From assembly GCA_038212275.1 (NCBI GenBank), contig JBBQUR010000007.1, forward strand, positions 32,001 to 96,000: 64,000 nt of DNA, in the 5' to 3' direction. Positions 1 to 9,502 of the stretch are shown here, piece by piece; the stretch's first letter is position 1, and every line of letters starts with the position of its first letter. A program made the position numbers and the translations under genes. The notes under the pieces were generated by a model. The model had not been told where the DNA came from and ran no database searches. It saw only the letters and a program-made list of their open reading frames with translations. The DNA comes from Planctomycetota bacterium (GTDB lineage: Bacteria > Planctomycetota > B15-G4).

Positions 1-779
1 TCGAAGGCACGCGCGATGAAGCTGCTGTCGAGGCCGCGGTCCACCAGGTACGGGCCCGCCACGGCGCCGGCCGCCTCGAAGCCGGCTGCTGCCACGAGCG
101 CGAAGGCCAGCGCGCGCCAGGTGATCGCCATGCGCAGCACCGCGCCGAGCGCCGCGCGCAACTCCGTGAAGGGGTGCACCACTCTCGCTGCGCCGGCGGC
201 CGCCGGCACGGCGACGAAGACGACGGCCAGCACCGCCAGCACCACGCCGATGAGGCACTGCGGCGGCGCGGCAGGCCCCCAGCTCGCGGCCATCAGCAGC
301 GCTCCGCCGCCGAAGGCCCCGCGCCCCACCAGCATGCCGGCCTGCATCCAGCCGTTGACGCGGCCCCGCTCTTCCGGCGGCGTGACCGAGAGACACAGCG
401 CATCCACGATGACGTCCTGCATCGCGGCGGCGACGGCGTGCAGCAGCAGCAGCGTGGACAGCGCGTGGAGGTCATCGAGTGCGCCGGGCCTGGCCAGCGG
501 CAGCAGCGTCGCCGCCATCGCGAGCTGCGCGACGACGAGCATGCGCCTCAGCGGCCAGCCGTGGCCGCGCGCCAGATCCACGAGCGGCCCTCCCAGCAGC
601 TTCAGCGTCCACGGCAGCGCGATGAGTGCGGTGAGCGCCGTGATGGCGCCCATCTCCTGCCCGGCCTGCCGCAACATCGTCGGCAGCGCCCACCAGAGGA
701 AGCCGATGGGAGCGCCCTCCGCGAGATAGAGCAGCGTGAAGAGCACGCGTCGGCCGCGCGGCGTGGCTGTGAGATCCAT
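1..779 (-). CDS. AmpG-like MFS transporter (PAT family), 3' end runs off the window
   Basis: Not in the ORF track. Manual reverse-strand translation from ATG at 779 gives MDLTATPRGRRVLFTLLYLAEGAPIGF...LPWTLKLLGGPLVD...AAMQDVIVDA...EERGRVNGWMQAG, matching AmpG-family motifs. Confidence 0.8.
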   Translation of the reverse strand, partial: MDLTATPRGRRVLFTLLYLAEGAPIGFLWWALPTMLRQAGQEMGAITALTALIALPWTLKLLGGPLVDLARGHGWPLRRMLVVAQLAMAATLLPLARPGALDDLHALSTLLLLHAVAAAMQDVIVDALCLSVTPPEERGRVNGWMQAGMLVGRGAFGGGALLMAASWGPAAPPQCLIGVVLAVLAVVFVAVPAAAGAARVVHPFTELRAALGAVLRMAITWRALAFALVAAAGFEAAGAVAGPYLVDRGLDSSFIARAF

Positions 780-890
780 GCGCTCTCCGGCACCCGGCCT
801 GCAACCCGGACTCGCCGCCTGTCGTTCGTGCGCACAGGTCGCTAGGGTGGCCAGCCGCATCGTCCCCCATCCTGCAGCCGGAGACCACCC

Positions 891-1778
891 TTGGACCGCT
901 TTCGCATCGCCTCGCTGCAGTACTTCATCCGGCCCGTGCAGACCTTCGAGCAGTTCCAGGACCAGGTCGAGTCGCTGGTGGACACCGCCGCGGACTATCG
1001 CTGCAAGCTCCTGCTCTTCCCGGAGTGGTTCTGCGTGCAGCTGCTCACGCTGGGCAACGTGCGCCGCCCCATCGCCGAGCAGGTGCGGGACCTGGCGGCT
1101 CAAGCGCCGCGCATCCACGCGCTGTTCAAGCGCCTCGCGAGCGAGCACGGCCTGTACATCGCGGCGGGAACCGTTCCGGTCATCGACCAGGGCTCGGACG
1201 AGGTGCACAACGAGTGCATGCTCGTCGCACCGTCCGGCAGCATCGGCTACCAGCGCAAACTGCACATGACCCGTTTCGAGGCCGAAGAGTGGTTCGTGTC
1301 GCCGGGCACGCGCATGCGGGTCTTCGACACCGAGCTCGGGCGTCTGGCCATCACCATCTGCTACGACGTCGAGTTCCCCGAGCTGGCCCGCGCCGCCGCG
1401 CGCGCCGGGGCCGAGGTCCTGCTCGTGCCGAGCTGCACCGACGAGCGCCAGGGCTACCTGCGCGTGCGCTACTGCTCCCAGGCCCGCGCCATCGAGAACC
1501 AGCTCTTCGTGGTGCAGTCGTCGACGGTGGGCTCGCTGCCGATGGTGCCCGCCGTCTCGCTCAACTGGGGACAGGCGGCCATCATGACCCCGTCGGACTT
1601 CTCCTTCTCGCGCGACGGCATCCTGGCCGAGGGCGTTCCCAATCAGGAGAGCATGGTCATCGGCGATCTGAATCTGGCGCTCATCCGCGAGGGGCGCTCC
1701 AGCGGCACCGTGCTGCCGCTGCGCGACTGCCAGTCCAGCGCCGAAGTGGCCAGCCGCCTGGAGACCATCTCGCTGTGA
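891..1778 (+). CDS. Carbon-nitrogen hydrolase (nitrilase superfamily)
   Basis: Glu-Lys-Cys triad motifs FPE, QRKLHMT, ICYDVEFPE; ARAIENQ; TTG start. Confidence 0.92.
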   Translation: MDRFRIASLQYFIRPVQTFEQFQDQVESLVDTAADYRCKLLLFPEWFCVQLLTLGNVRRPIAEQVRDLAAQAPRIHALFKRLASEHGLYIAAGTVPVIDQGSDEVHNECMLVAPSGSIGYQRKLHMTRFEAEEWFVSPGTRMRVFDTELGRLAITICYDVEFPELARAAARAGAEVLLVPSCTDERQGYLRVRYCSQARAIENQLFVVQSSTVGSLPMVPAVSLNWGQAAIMTPSDFSFSRDGILAEGVPNQESMVIGDLNLALIREGRSSGTVLPLRDCQSSAEVASRLETISL

Positions 1779-1780
1779 CC

Positions 1781-2473
1781 ATGCAGGTGCGCAACACGCG
1801 GCCGGAGGACTTCGCGCAGATCATCGCGATGTGCCGCCGTGTCTACCCGGACAGTCCGTCGTGGACGGAGGATCAGCTCGCGAGCCACGTGCGCATCTTC
1901 CCCGAGGGGCAGTTCGTGGCCGTGCGCGACGGGAGCATCGTGGGCATGGCCGCAAGCCTGATCGTGCTCTGGGACGACTACGAGATGGACACGTCGTGGC
2001 GCCACTTCACCGACCACGGCCTCTTCACGAATCACGATGCGGCGCACGGGCGCACGCTCTACGCGGCCGAGGTCATGGTGGATCCCTCGATCCAGGGTGG
2101 CGGCATCGGCAGCCGGCTCTACGCCGCGCGGCAGAAACTGGCGGAGCACCTCGGGCTGCTGCGCATCCGCGCCGGAGCGCGCTTGCGCGGCTACCACCGT
2201 CACGCGAACCGGCTGTCGGTCGAGGACTATCTCGAGCAGGTCGCGCGCGGGCAGCTCTACGATCCGACGCTCAGCTTCCAGCTCCGGCGCGGCTTCCGCG
2301 TGCTCGGTCCGATCCCCGGCTACCTGCGCCATGACCCGGAGAGCCTCGGCCACGCCGCGTGCATCGAATGGCTCAACGAGAGCGTCGCGACGCCGGCCGA
2401 TCGCGCGGCGGGCGAGCCCCGCTATCACGTGCCGTTCGTCCCGCCCGCGCGGCCGCGCAAGCCGTCACCGTAG
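1781..2473 (+). CDS. GNAT N-acetyltransferase (YhcX N-terminal type)
   Basis: MQVRNTRPEDF...FPEGQFVA...EVMVDPSIQGGGIGSRLY...DPTLSFQL. It is the C-terminal part of track ORF 1025..2473; ATG lies 2 nt after the hydrolase stop. Confidence 0.88.
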   Translation: MQVRNTRPEDFAQIIAMCRRVYPDSPSWTEDQLASHVRIFPEGQFVAVRDGSIVGMAASLIVLWDDYEMDTSWRHFTDHGLFTNHDAAHGRTLYAAEVMVDPSIQGGGIGSRLYAARQKLAEHLGLLRIRAGARLRGYHRHANRLSVEDYLEQVARGQLYDPTLSFQLRRGFRVLGPIPGYLRHDPESLGHAACIEWLNESVATPADRAAGEPRYHVPFVPPARPRKPSP

Positions 2474-2475
2474 GC

Positions 2476-3654
2476 ATGGACGGGGCGCTTCAGCACTACT
2501 CCTACCTGGGCCTGCTCTTCGCGCTCTTCGTGGTGCCGCGGGTCCTGCAGCGCTTCCGGATCCCGACGGCGATCACGAGCTTCGCCCTGGGTGCGCTCTG
2601 CTCGCTGCAGCTCGGGTACTTCCTCGAGGATCAGACGGTCAAGCTGCTGGCCACGCTGGGCATCGTCTCGCTCTTCCTCTTCGCAGGGCTGGACGTCGAA
2701 CTCCGCGAGCTGCGCGAGCACGCGGCCGTGCTGCTCCAGCACGTGGGCATCCAGGTGGCCAGCCTGGCGCTCCTGGCGATCGGACTCGTGTGGCAGTTCC
2801 AGCTTCCGAACCAGCAGGCCACGCTCATCGCGCTGGCCCTGCTCACCCCGTCCACGGGCTTCATCCTCGACACCATCGACAGCTTCGGCCTGCCCGAGAA
2901 GGTCCGCTTCTGGATCAAGTCCAAGGCGATCGCCACGGAACTCGTGGCGCTCGGCGTGCTCTTCGTGACGCTGCAGTCGAGCTCGGCCCGGATGCTGGGC
3001 TTCTCCTCGATCATCCTCGTCGCGATGCTCGTCTTCGTCCCGGTCGTGTTCCGCGTGTTCGCCGTCGTGGTGATGCCGCACGCGCCCAAGTCCGAATTCG
3101 CCTTCCTGCTCATGGTGGCCGTGGCGTGCGGCGTCATCACGCACGAGCTCGGCGTGTACTACCTCGTCGGCGCGTTCATCGTCGGCATGTCCGCCCAGCG
3201 GCTGCGCAAGGGCATCCCGACGCTGGCCTCGGAAAAGATGCTGTCCTCCGTCGAGGCCTTCGCCTCGCTTTTCGTGCCCTTCTACTTCTTCAATGCCGGC
3301 ATGGAGCTCCGCGCGGGCGACTTCAGCCTTGCCGCACTGGGCATCGGCCTGCTGTTCTGCGTCGTCGGCATCTCGATGCGCCTCGTCCCGAACTGGCTGC
3401 ACCACCGGCTCGTCTTCGGCGAGGGGCTGCGCGAAAGCCTGCTCGTCGGCGCGCCGATGCTGCCCACGCTGGTGTTCACGCTGGTCATCGCCGGGATCCT
3501 CCGCGAGCGCTTCTCGATCGGCTCGCATCTCTACGGAGGCCTGGTCATCTACGCGATCCTGAACTCGCTCATCCCCGGGCTGCTCCTGCGCATGCGGCTC
3601 CCCGAGGTGGAGGACGAGCTGCTTCAGGAGAGCCCCGTCCCACCCGTGGCCTGA
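2476..3654 (+). CDS. Cation:proton antiporter (CPA2/Kef-like membrane domain only)
   Basis: About 12 hydrophobic segments; LFLFAGLDV, LVGAFIVG, FVPFYFFNAG motifs; no TrkA domain. Confidence 0.85.
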   Translation: MDGALQHYSYLGLLFALFVVPRVLQRFRIPTAITSFALGALCSLQLGYFLEDQTVKLLATLGIVSLFLFAGLDVELRELREHAAVLLQHVGIQVASLALLAIGLVWQFQLPNQQATLIALALLTPSTGFILDTIDSFGLPEKVRFWIKSKAIATELVALGVLFVTLQSSSARMLGFSSIILVAMLVFVPVVFRVFAVVVMPHAPKSEFAFLLMVAVACGVITHELGVYYLVGAFIVGMSAQRLRKGIPTLASEKMLSSVEAFASLFVPFYFFNAGMELRAGDFSLAALGIGLLFCVVGISMRLVPNWLHHRLVFGEGLRESLLVGAPMLPTLVFTLVIAGILRERFSIGSHLYGGLVIYAILNSLIPGLLLRMRLPEVEDELLQESPVPPVA

Positions 3655-3669
3655 GGGGCGGCGCACGGC

Positions 3670-3766
3670 GGCCGGCTCGCACGCCGTGGCCGGCTCGCAC
3701 GCCGTGGCCGGCTCGCACGCCGTAGCCGGCTCGTGCGCGACGGCCGGCTCGTGCGCGACGGCCGGC
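3670..3766. repeat. Intergenic 18-bp tandem repeat, 5 units plus a partial
   Basis: GGCCGGCTCGCACGCCGT x3, then (A/G)GCCGGCTCGTGCGCGAC x2, then GGCCGGC; no spacers. Confidence 0.9.
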
Positions 3767-3866
3767 CGGAGCGATCCGCTAGACTGCGCCCCGCACGGAC
3801 CGGCGACGCCTGGCGCACAGCATCCACGGGCGGCTCGCGATCACCGACCACCCCACGGACCACGGC

Positions 3867-6770
3867 ATGCACCTGGGAGGCAACGAGCCCGCGACGGGCG
3901 CCGGGCCGCAGGGCCAGTCCTCGCTCGCCGACCTGGTGGCGAAGGCGCTCGAGCATCTCGAGCGGGACGGCCCGGACGCACTCGAGGCACTGTGTCGCGA
4001 GCACCCCGCCCGGGCTGCGGCGCTGCGTGCACGCGTCCAGCAGCTGCGCGCGATCGGCTTCGTCGGCGCGCCGTCGACGGATGCGCCGCTGCCCGAACGC
4101 ATCGGCGGCTTCCGCATCCTCTCACGCCTCGGCGGCGGCGGCATGGGCGTGGTCTTCCTCGCGGAGCAGGAAGGACTCGGACGCCAGGTCGCGCTGAAGC
4201 TCGTGCGCCCCGACCTGCTGTATTTCCCCGGCGCGCGGGAGCGCTTCGCGCGCGAAGTCGAGGCCGTGGCGCGGCTCGCGCACCCCGGCATCGTGCCCGT
4301 CTTCGCGGGCGGCGAGGACAACGGCATCCCGTACTACGCGATGGAGCGCGTGCGCGGCGCCTCGCTCGAGGAAGTGCTGGCCTCGCTCGCGGGCCGCGAT
4401 CCGTCGCAGCTCTCGGGAGCGGACCTCCGGCGAGCGGTCGAGCAGCTCGTCGCCGCGCGCGAGGCGCCGCGCAAGGCCTCGCGCGGCGAAAGCCGGCACA
4501 GCGGAGCCGGCGAACTGCTCTTCGCCGGATCCTGGAGCTCCGCCTGCCTGCGCATCGCGCGCGCCGTGGCGCTGGCCCTGCAGCACGCGCACGAGTGCGG
4601 CGTGCTGCACCGCGACATCAAGCCCAGCAACATCATGCTCACGCCCGATGGCCGCGTGCTGCTGCTGGACTTCGGCCTGGCCACCGCGGAGGGCAGCGAG
4701 CGGCTCACCGGCACCGGCGCGCAGCTGGGTTCGCTGGCCTGGATGTCCCCCGAGCAGGTGCGCGGCGAGCACGCCACGCTGGACGGCCGCACCGACGTCT
4801 ACTCGCTGGGCGCCACGCTCTACGAGTAGACGTCGGTGCGTTCACCCTTCACGGGCGGCGACGCGGAGACCACGCGCCAGCGCATCCTCGACGGCCGGTT
4901 GATCCCGCTGCGCGACCTCAACTCCGCCGTGCCGCGCGACGCGGAAACCGTATGCCAGCGCGCGATGGACCGCGAGCGCGAGCGGCGCTACGCCGGCGCC
5001 CTCGCCTTTGCCGACGATCTCGACAACGCGCTGCAGCTGCGGCCGGTGCTCGCGCGGCGTCCCGGCGCGGCGCTGAAGCTGCGCCGCTGGGCGCAGCGGC
5101 ATCCGACGGCGAGCCTGGGCCTCGTCGCCGGCCTGCTGCTGTTCGTCGGCGGGCCGCTGGCCTACGCGTGGCAGCAGCATCAGGCCCGGCTGCAGATCAC
5201 CGCGGCCTACGACGAGGCCGACGCTCAGCGCACGCGCGCCGAGGCCAACTTCTCGCGCGCCCAGCAGGCCGTGGACGTGCTGCTCACGCAGGTCGCGGAG
5301 GAAGACCTGCTGGCCGTGCCCCACCTGGAGCCCGTCCGCCGCCGGCTGCTCGAGAGCGCGCTGTCCTTCTACGAGGACTTCCTCGCCGAGCGCGCCGACG
5401 ACCCGGCCATGAAGCGCCTCGTCGCGCGAGCCAACGATCGCTGCGGCTACCTGCTCATGGAACTCGGGCGCAACACGGAGGTGTGCCAGGTCTACGAGCG
5501 TCAGGCGGCTCTTGCGCGCGAACTCCTCGTCCTCTCGCCGGACGACGGTGAGCTGCTGGATCTCCTCGGCAACGCGGAGGCCGGCCGCGCCTTCACGCTG
5601 CATGAGCTGGGCCGGCTGGACGAAGCCGTCACGGCCAGTGCGGAGGGCCTGCGCGTACGGCGCGAACGCGTCCTCCTCTTCCCGGACGACTGGGGCGCGC
5701 TGCGCGACGTGGACGAGTCGCTCGGGCAGCGGTCGGCCCTGCAGTCCTCCCTCGGCAACGCCGACGCGGCGGTCGACGCGGACCGGGAATCGGTGAGCTG
5801 GAACGAGTCGGTCCGGCACCATGCCGGCACGCCCGAGCAGGAGCTTCAGGGCCTCGCGAGCCTGGTCACGTCGCTCGGAAACCTGGCCGTGCACCTCAAG
5901 CAGTCGGGCCACGAGGACGAGGCCGCCGAGGTGATCGACCGCGGCATCGAGCTCTCCGCGCCGCATCTCGAGCAACTGGCCACCGACCCGCAGCAGGCGC
6001 TCGGCGCTGCCAACGTGCGCATGATCCGCCTGCGAGACGACGCTGCGGGCGCGAACGAGGCGCGCCTGCTCGACGCGATCGCCATCCTCGACCTCTCGCT
6101 CGAGCACTCGCCGCAACACGTGGTGCTGCGCCGCATGCAGGCCAGCGCCTGGAACAACCTGGGCACCCTGCTGCTGGACGAACCGGATCGCAGGGAAGAA
6201 GCGCGAGCCGCGCTGCAGCACGCCATCGACGCCCTCCGACTCCTCGTGGCGGACTGTCCCGAGGTCCCGGGACTTGCGAGCAACCTTGCCGGCAGCCTGG
6301 TGAACCTCGGCTCCATCACGCGGGACGACGGGGACGCCGATGCCGCACGCATTCTCTTCGAGGAAGCGGTCGCACGCGCGATCCCCGCGATCGAAAGCCT
6401 TCCCGATGACCCGGCCTCGCGCTCCGCGCTGTTCAACTCGGCCTGGTATCTGGCGCTGACCAGCCTGCAGCTGAACGACGCCGAGGGCTGCGTCGACGCG
6501 GCGGACGAGATCGTGCGACGGCTGCCGGACGATGCCAAGGCGCTGCGGGTCGCGGCCGGCCTGCTCGCACGCGCGGCGGCGGCCGGCTCGCCGGAGGCAG
6601 CGCCTGACCGGCTCGCACGCAGCATGGCCGCCCTGCGCATGGCCATCGCCGCAGGCTGGACGGACACCGCCGATCTCGATCACGCGAACGATTTCGTCGA
6701 GTTGCGCGCCCTGCCGGAGTTCGCGGAAGCGCGCGCTGCCGCAGCAGCCGGAGTTCCGGCCCTGCCCTGA
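3867..6770 (+). pseudogene. Ser/Thr kinase-TM-TPR protein interrupted by in-frame TAG at 4827..4829 (pseudogene or sequence error)
   Basis: GGGGMGVV, VALK, HRDIKPSN, DFG, MSPE, DVYSLGATLYE*TSVRSPF. ORFs 3867..4829 and 4836..6770 share one frame. The second carries the rest of the C-lobe (RERRYAG), a TM helix and TPR-like repeats. Confidence 0.85.
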
Positions 6771-6797
6771 GTTCCTGCGCGCGCCGCGGACGCGGGC

Positions 6798-7556
6798 TCA
6801 GTGCAGCAGGCGGTACGCGAACCTGCCGACCCATTCGTGCGTGGCCAGGCTCGTGTCGCGCAGGCCGGACCAGTGCGGCAGCAGGCTGGCCCAGCCATCG
6901 AAGGGCGGCGGCCGGAAGCCCGTGGGCGCCGGCACCACGTCCAGGCCCTGCGCCACGAAACTCTCCACGGCGCGCGGCAGGTGCCAGGCGCTGCTGACCA
7001 GCAGGATGCGCTGCACCCCGTCCGCGCGCAGCATCCGCGCCGAGAACTCCGCGTTCTCCCACGTGTCCGTGGAGCGGTCCTCGACCCAGCGCACCGGCAC
7101 GCCGAGCTCGTTGCGGCACAGGTCGGCCATCATGCCGGCAAGAGGCGGAAGATCGGTGCCGGGCACGCCGCCGCTCACCAGCAGCGGCAGGCCGGTGCGT
7201 CGCTGCAGCGAAGCCGCGTAGCGCACGCGCTGCAGCGTCATCGGGCCGACGGTGGCGCCGCCGTACTCGCCGCCGGTGCGGTCGGCCTCGGCGCTCAGCA
7301 CGACGATGGCCTGCGCGTCCGGCAACGCGCCGTCGGCGGGCAGCGCCGGCGACGTCTGCAGCGTGTGCAGCAGCGCCTTGCCGACGAAGGGCGTGGAGGC
7401 GCACCACAGCAGCAGCAGCGCACCGACCTGCAGCGCGCGCCCGAGTCGCGGCCACGAGACACGCGCCGAACGTCGGCGCAGCAGCGTGCCGATCAGCCAC
7501 AGACACAGCGCCGATGCCGGCGGCAGCAGCAGGGTCTCGAGCACGCGGTGCAGCAT
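6798..7556 (-). CDS. YdcF/DUF218 (ElyC-like) envelope protein
   Basis: N-terminal TM helices, AIVVLS, LLVSGG, EDRSTDTWENA, LVSSAWHLPRA, HEWVG. Confidence 0.92.
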   Translation of the reverse strand: MLHRVLETLLLPPASALCLWLIGTLLRRRSARVSWPRLGRALQVGALLLLWCASTPFVGKALLHTLQTSPALPADGALPDAQAIVVLSAEADRTGGEYGGATVGPMTLQRVRYAASLQRRTGLPLLVSGGVPGTDLPPLAGMMADLCRNELGVPVRWVEDRSTDTWENAEFSARMLRADGVQRILLVSSAWHLPRAVESFVAQGLDVVPAPTGFRPPPFDGWASLLPHWSGLRDTSLATHEWVGRFAYRLLH

Positions 7557-7665
7557 GCCGGCAGCATACGGGCGCGGCGCGACGCGACGCAGTGACCGTG
7601 CAGACCGGCCGGCGCGCTCCCGGGCAGGCCGCGCCAGCGCGCCAGCGTGTGAGCGAGTCAGCGCG

Positions 7666-9243
7666 TCAGGGCGTCAGCGCCGACAGTCCGTTGGAGCTGA
7701 TGAAGCCCGTGGGCGACGCGGGCACCATGAACCACATCTGGTGAAAGATGTTGAGGCCCGACGGCACGCCGCTGGGGAAGTTGAGCGAGAACTCCAGCGT
7801 GCCCGTGCCGGAGGTCTGGTAGCCCGTGACCACGATGTCGGGCGACGGCACCATCGTGCCGCCCTTGAACGGCGCGAAGATCGTGTTGAGTCCCGCGACG
7901 AGGAAGCCCGACGTGGTGGCCGGCCCCGTCAGCACGTCGTACGTGGTCAGGGTCGCGGGCGCCAGCGTGCCGCTGCCCTTGAGGCGCGGCGTCGCGCTGG
8001 TCGGGTAGTAGGCGAGGCCCATGTCCTTCCAGGTGCGGCCGCGATTGCGGTAGATGAAGTCGTCGCCGCCGAGCGTGTTGGCGAAGAGGACCTCGGGAAA
8101 GGAGTCCTTGTCGAGATCGGCCACCGCCACGTCGCGCGAGTTGCCGCCCGCATTGGGGATGTCGCCGTAGTCGATGTTGGTGAAGGTGCCGTCGCCGTTG
8201 TTGATGTAGAAGAAGTTGTTGGCGACGCGATTGGCCACGAGCAGGTCGAGGTCCCCGTCGCGATCGAGATCGCCCCACGCCGAGCGATAGCAGTCGCTGG
8301 CTCCCTGCGACGGCGCAAGCGCGAGCATAGGCTGGAAGTGGGCCGTGCCGTCGTTGCGGTACAGGATGTTTCCCTGGAAGAAGCGGCGCGAAACGAAGAG
8401 GTCGAGGTCGCCGTCCTTGTCGTAGTCGGCCAGCGACACGCCGTAGGTCTCGCCCACGGCATCCGCCGCAGGGTCGTTGGTGAGCCGCAGGAAGGTGCCT
8501 TCCGTGCCGCCCTGCGTTCCGCCCTGATTGATGTAGATGAAGTTCTGCTCGTTCTCGCTGTTCGCGACGACGATGTCGGTGTCGCCGTCGTTGTCGAGGT
8601 CGCCGACCGCGACGTCGCGCGACGTGCCCGGGTCCGTCACGAAGGGCCCCGTGGTCACCTCCGTGAAGTTGCCGGTGCCATCGTTGAGATACATCGTGTT
8701 GGTCTGCAGCCGGTTCACGAAGATCAGGTCGAGGTCGCCGTCGCCCTCGGTGTCGATCCACGCGACGGCGTAGGTCTCGCCCATCGCGCTTGGGATCGGC
8801 CCGGTGGTGATCTTCTGGAAGCGCCCGGGGCTGCCGCCCGACGTCGAGCCGGCATTCCTGAAGACCTCGTTCGGCGTGCCGGGCCCGTTCGGCGGCGGCA
8901 TGAGGCTGCCGTTGGCGACGGCGAGGTCCAGATCACCGTCGCCGTCCATGTCGCCCCACGCGGCGTCGTAGGAATACTGCGGCGTCGAGGTCAGGTTGGA
9001 GGGCGGAATGATCGTGAAGTTGCCGAAGCCGTCGTTGCGATACGCCACGCTGATCTGCCCGAAGTTCGCGGCGAACAGATCCATGTCGCCGTCGTTGTCG
9101 AAGTCGCCCGGGACCAGGCTGCGCGTCTCCATGCCGTCCATGGAAATCGGCGATGCCGGTTCACTGAACAGGACCGGGTAGTTCTGCGCGGAAGCCGCGC
9201 CGAAAACCCCAAACCAGACAACCCAAAAGTGTGGAGTGCGCAT
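7666..9243 (-). CDS. Secreted FG-GAP/VCBS beta-propeller protein with C-terminal PFKGG module
   Basis: Signal peptide (AASA-Q); seven DxDxDGDxD-type blades; GAGGTG RBS upstream of ATG 9243. Confidence 0.9.
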   Translation of the reverse strand: MRTPHFWVVWFGVFGAASAQNYPVLFSEPASPISMDGMETRSLVPGDFDNDGDMDLFAANFGQISVAYRNDGFGNFTIIPPSNLTSTPQYSYDAAWGDMDGDGDLDLAVANGSLMPPPNGPGTPNEVFRNAGSTSGGSPGRFQKITTGPIPSAMGETYAVAWIDTEGDGDLDLIFVNRLQTNTMYLNDGTGNFTEVTTGPFVTDPGTSRDVAVGDLDNDGDTDIVVANSENEQNFIYINQGGTQGGTEGTFLRLTNDPAADAVGETYGVSLADYDKDGDLDLFVSRRFFQGNILYRNDGTAHFQPMLALAPSQGASDCYRSAWGDLDRDGDLDLLVANRVANNFFYINNGDGTFTNIDYGDIPNAGGNSRDVAVADLDKDSFPEVLFANTLGGDDFIYRNRGRTWKDMGLAYYPTSATPRLKGSGTLAPATLTTYDVLTGPATTSGFLVAGLNTIFAPFKGGTMVPSPDIVVTGYQTSGTGTLEFSLNFPSGVPSGLNIFHQMWFMVPASPTGFISSNGLSALTP

Positions 9244-9502
9244 GTTCAATCACCTCACGACGGGCCGGAATCAAACCACTGGCCGCTCAGGGCGCACCGC
9301 GATCCCGCGCCATGCAGAGTAGCCGCCTCGAAGGCATCAGGCGCCAGAAAGCCTCTGAATTCAAGGTGGGCGACTCAACCGGTCAGCGCGGGACATGTTG
9401 CTGCCCGTCCATGTGAAGCGGCAACGGATTCAGGCGCCGGAAGCCCCGAGCCTGTCGCGCGGCGCCGTCGGAACAGCCGGGTGCGACCGACGGACGGGCC
9501 GC

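Noticed and set aside
16..845. Track ORFs 16..729 and 174..845 on the + strand
   Set aside because: Antisense shadows of the AmpG-like gene on the - strand.
3670..3766. Possible CRISPR array (also 42936..42988 and 32636..32710)
   Set aside because: Units are 10-18 bp and contiguous, with no unique spacers and no cas genes in the window.
4827..4829. Pyrrolysine recoding or an alternative genetic code
   Set aside because: TAG ends several normal genes here, no pyl genes are present, and the position is a hydrophobic helix residue.
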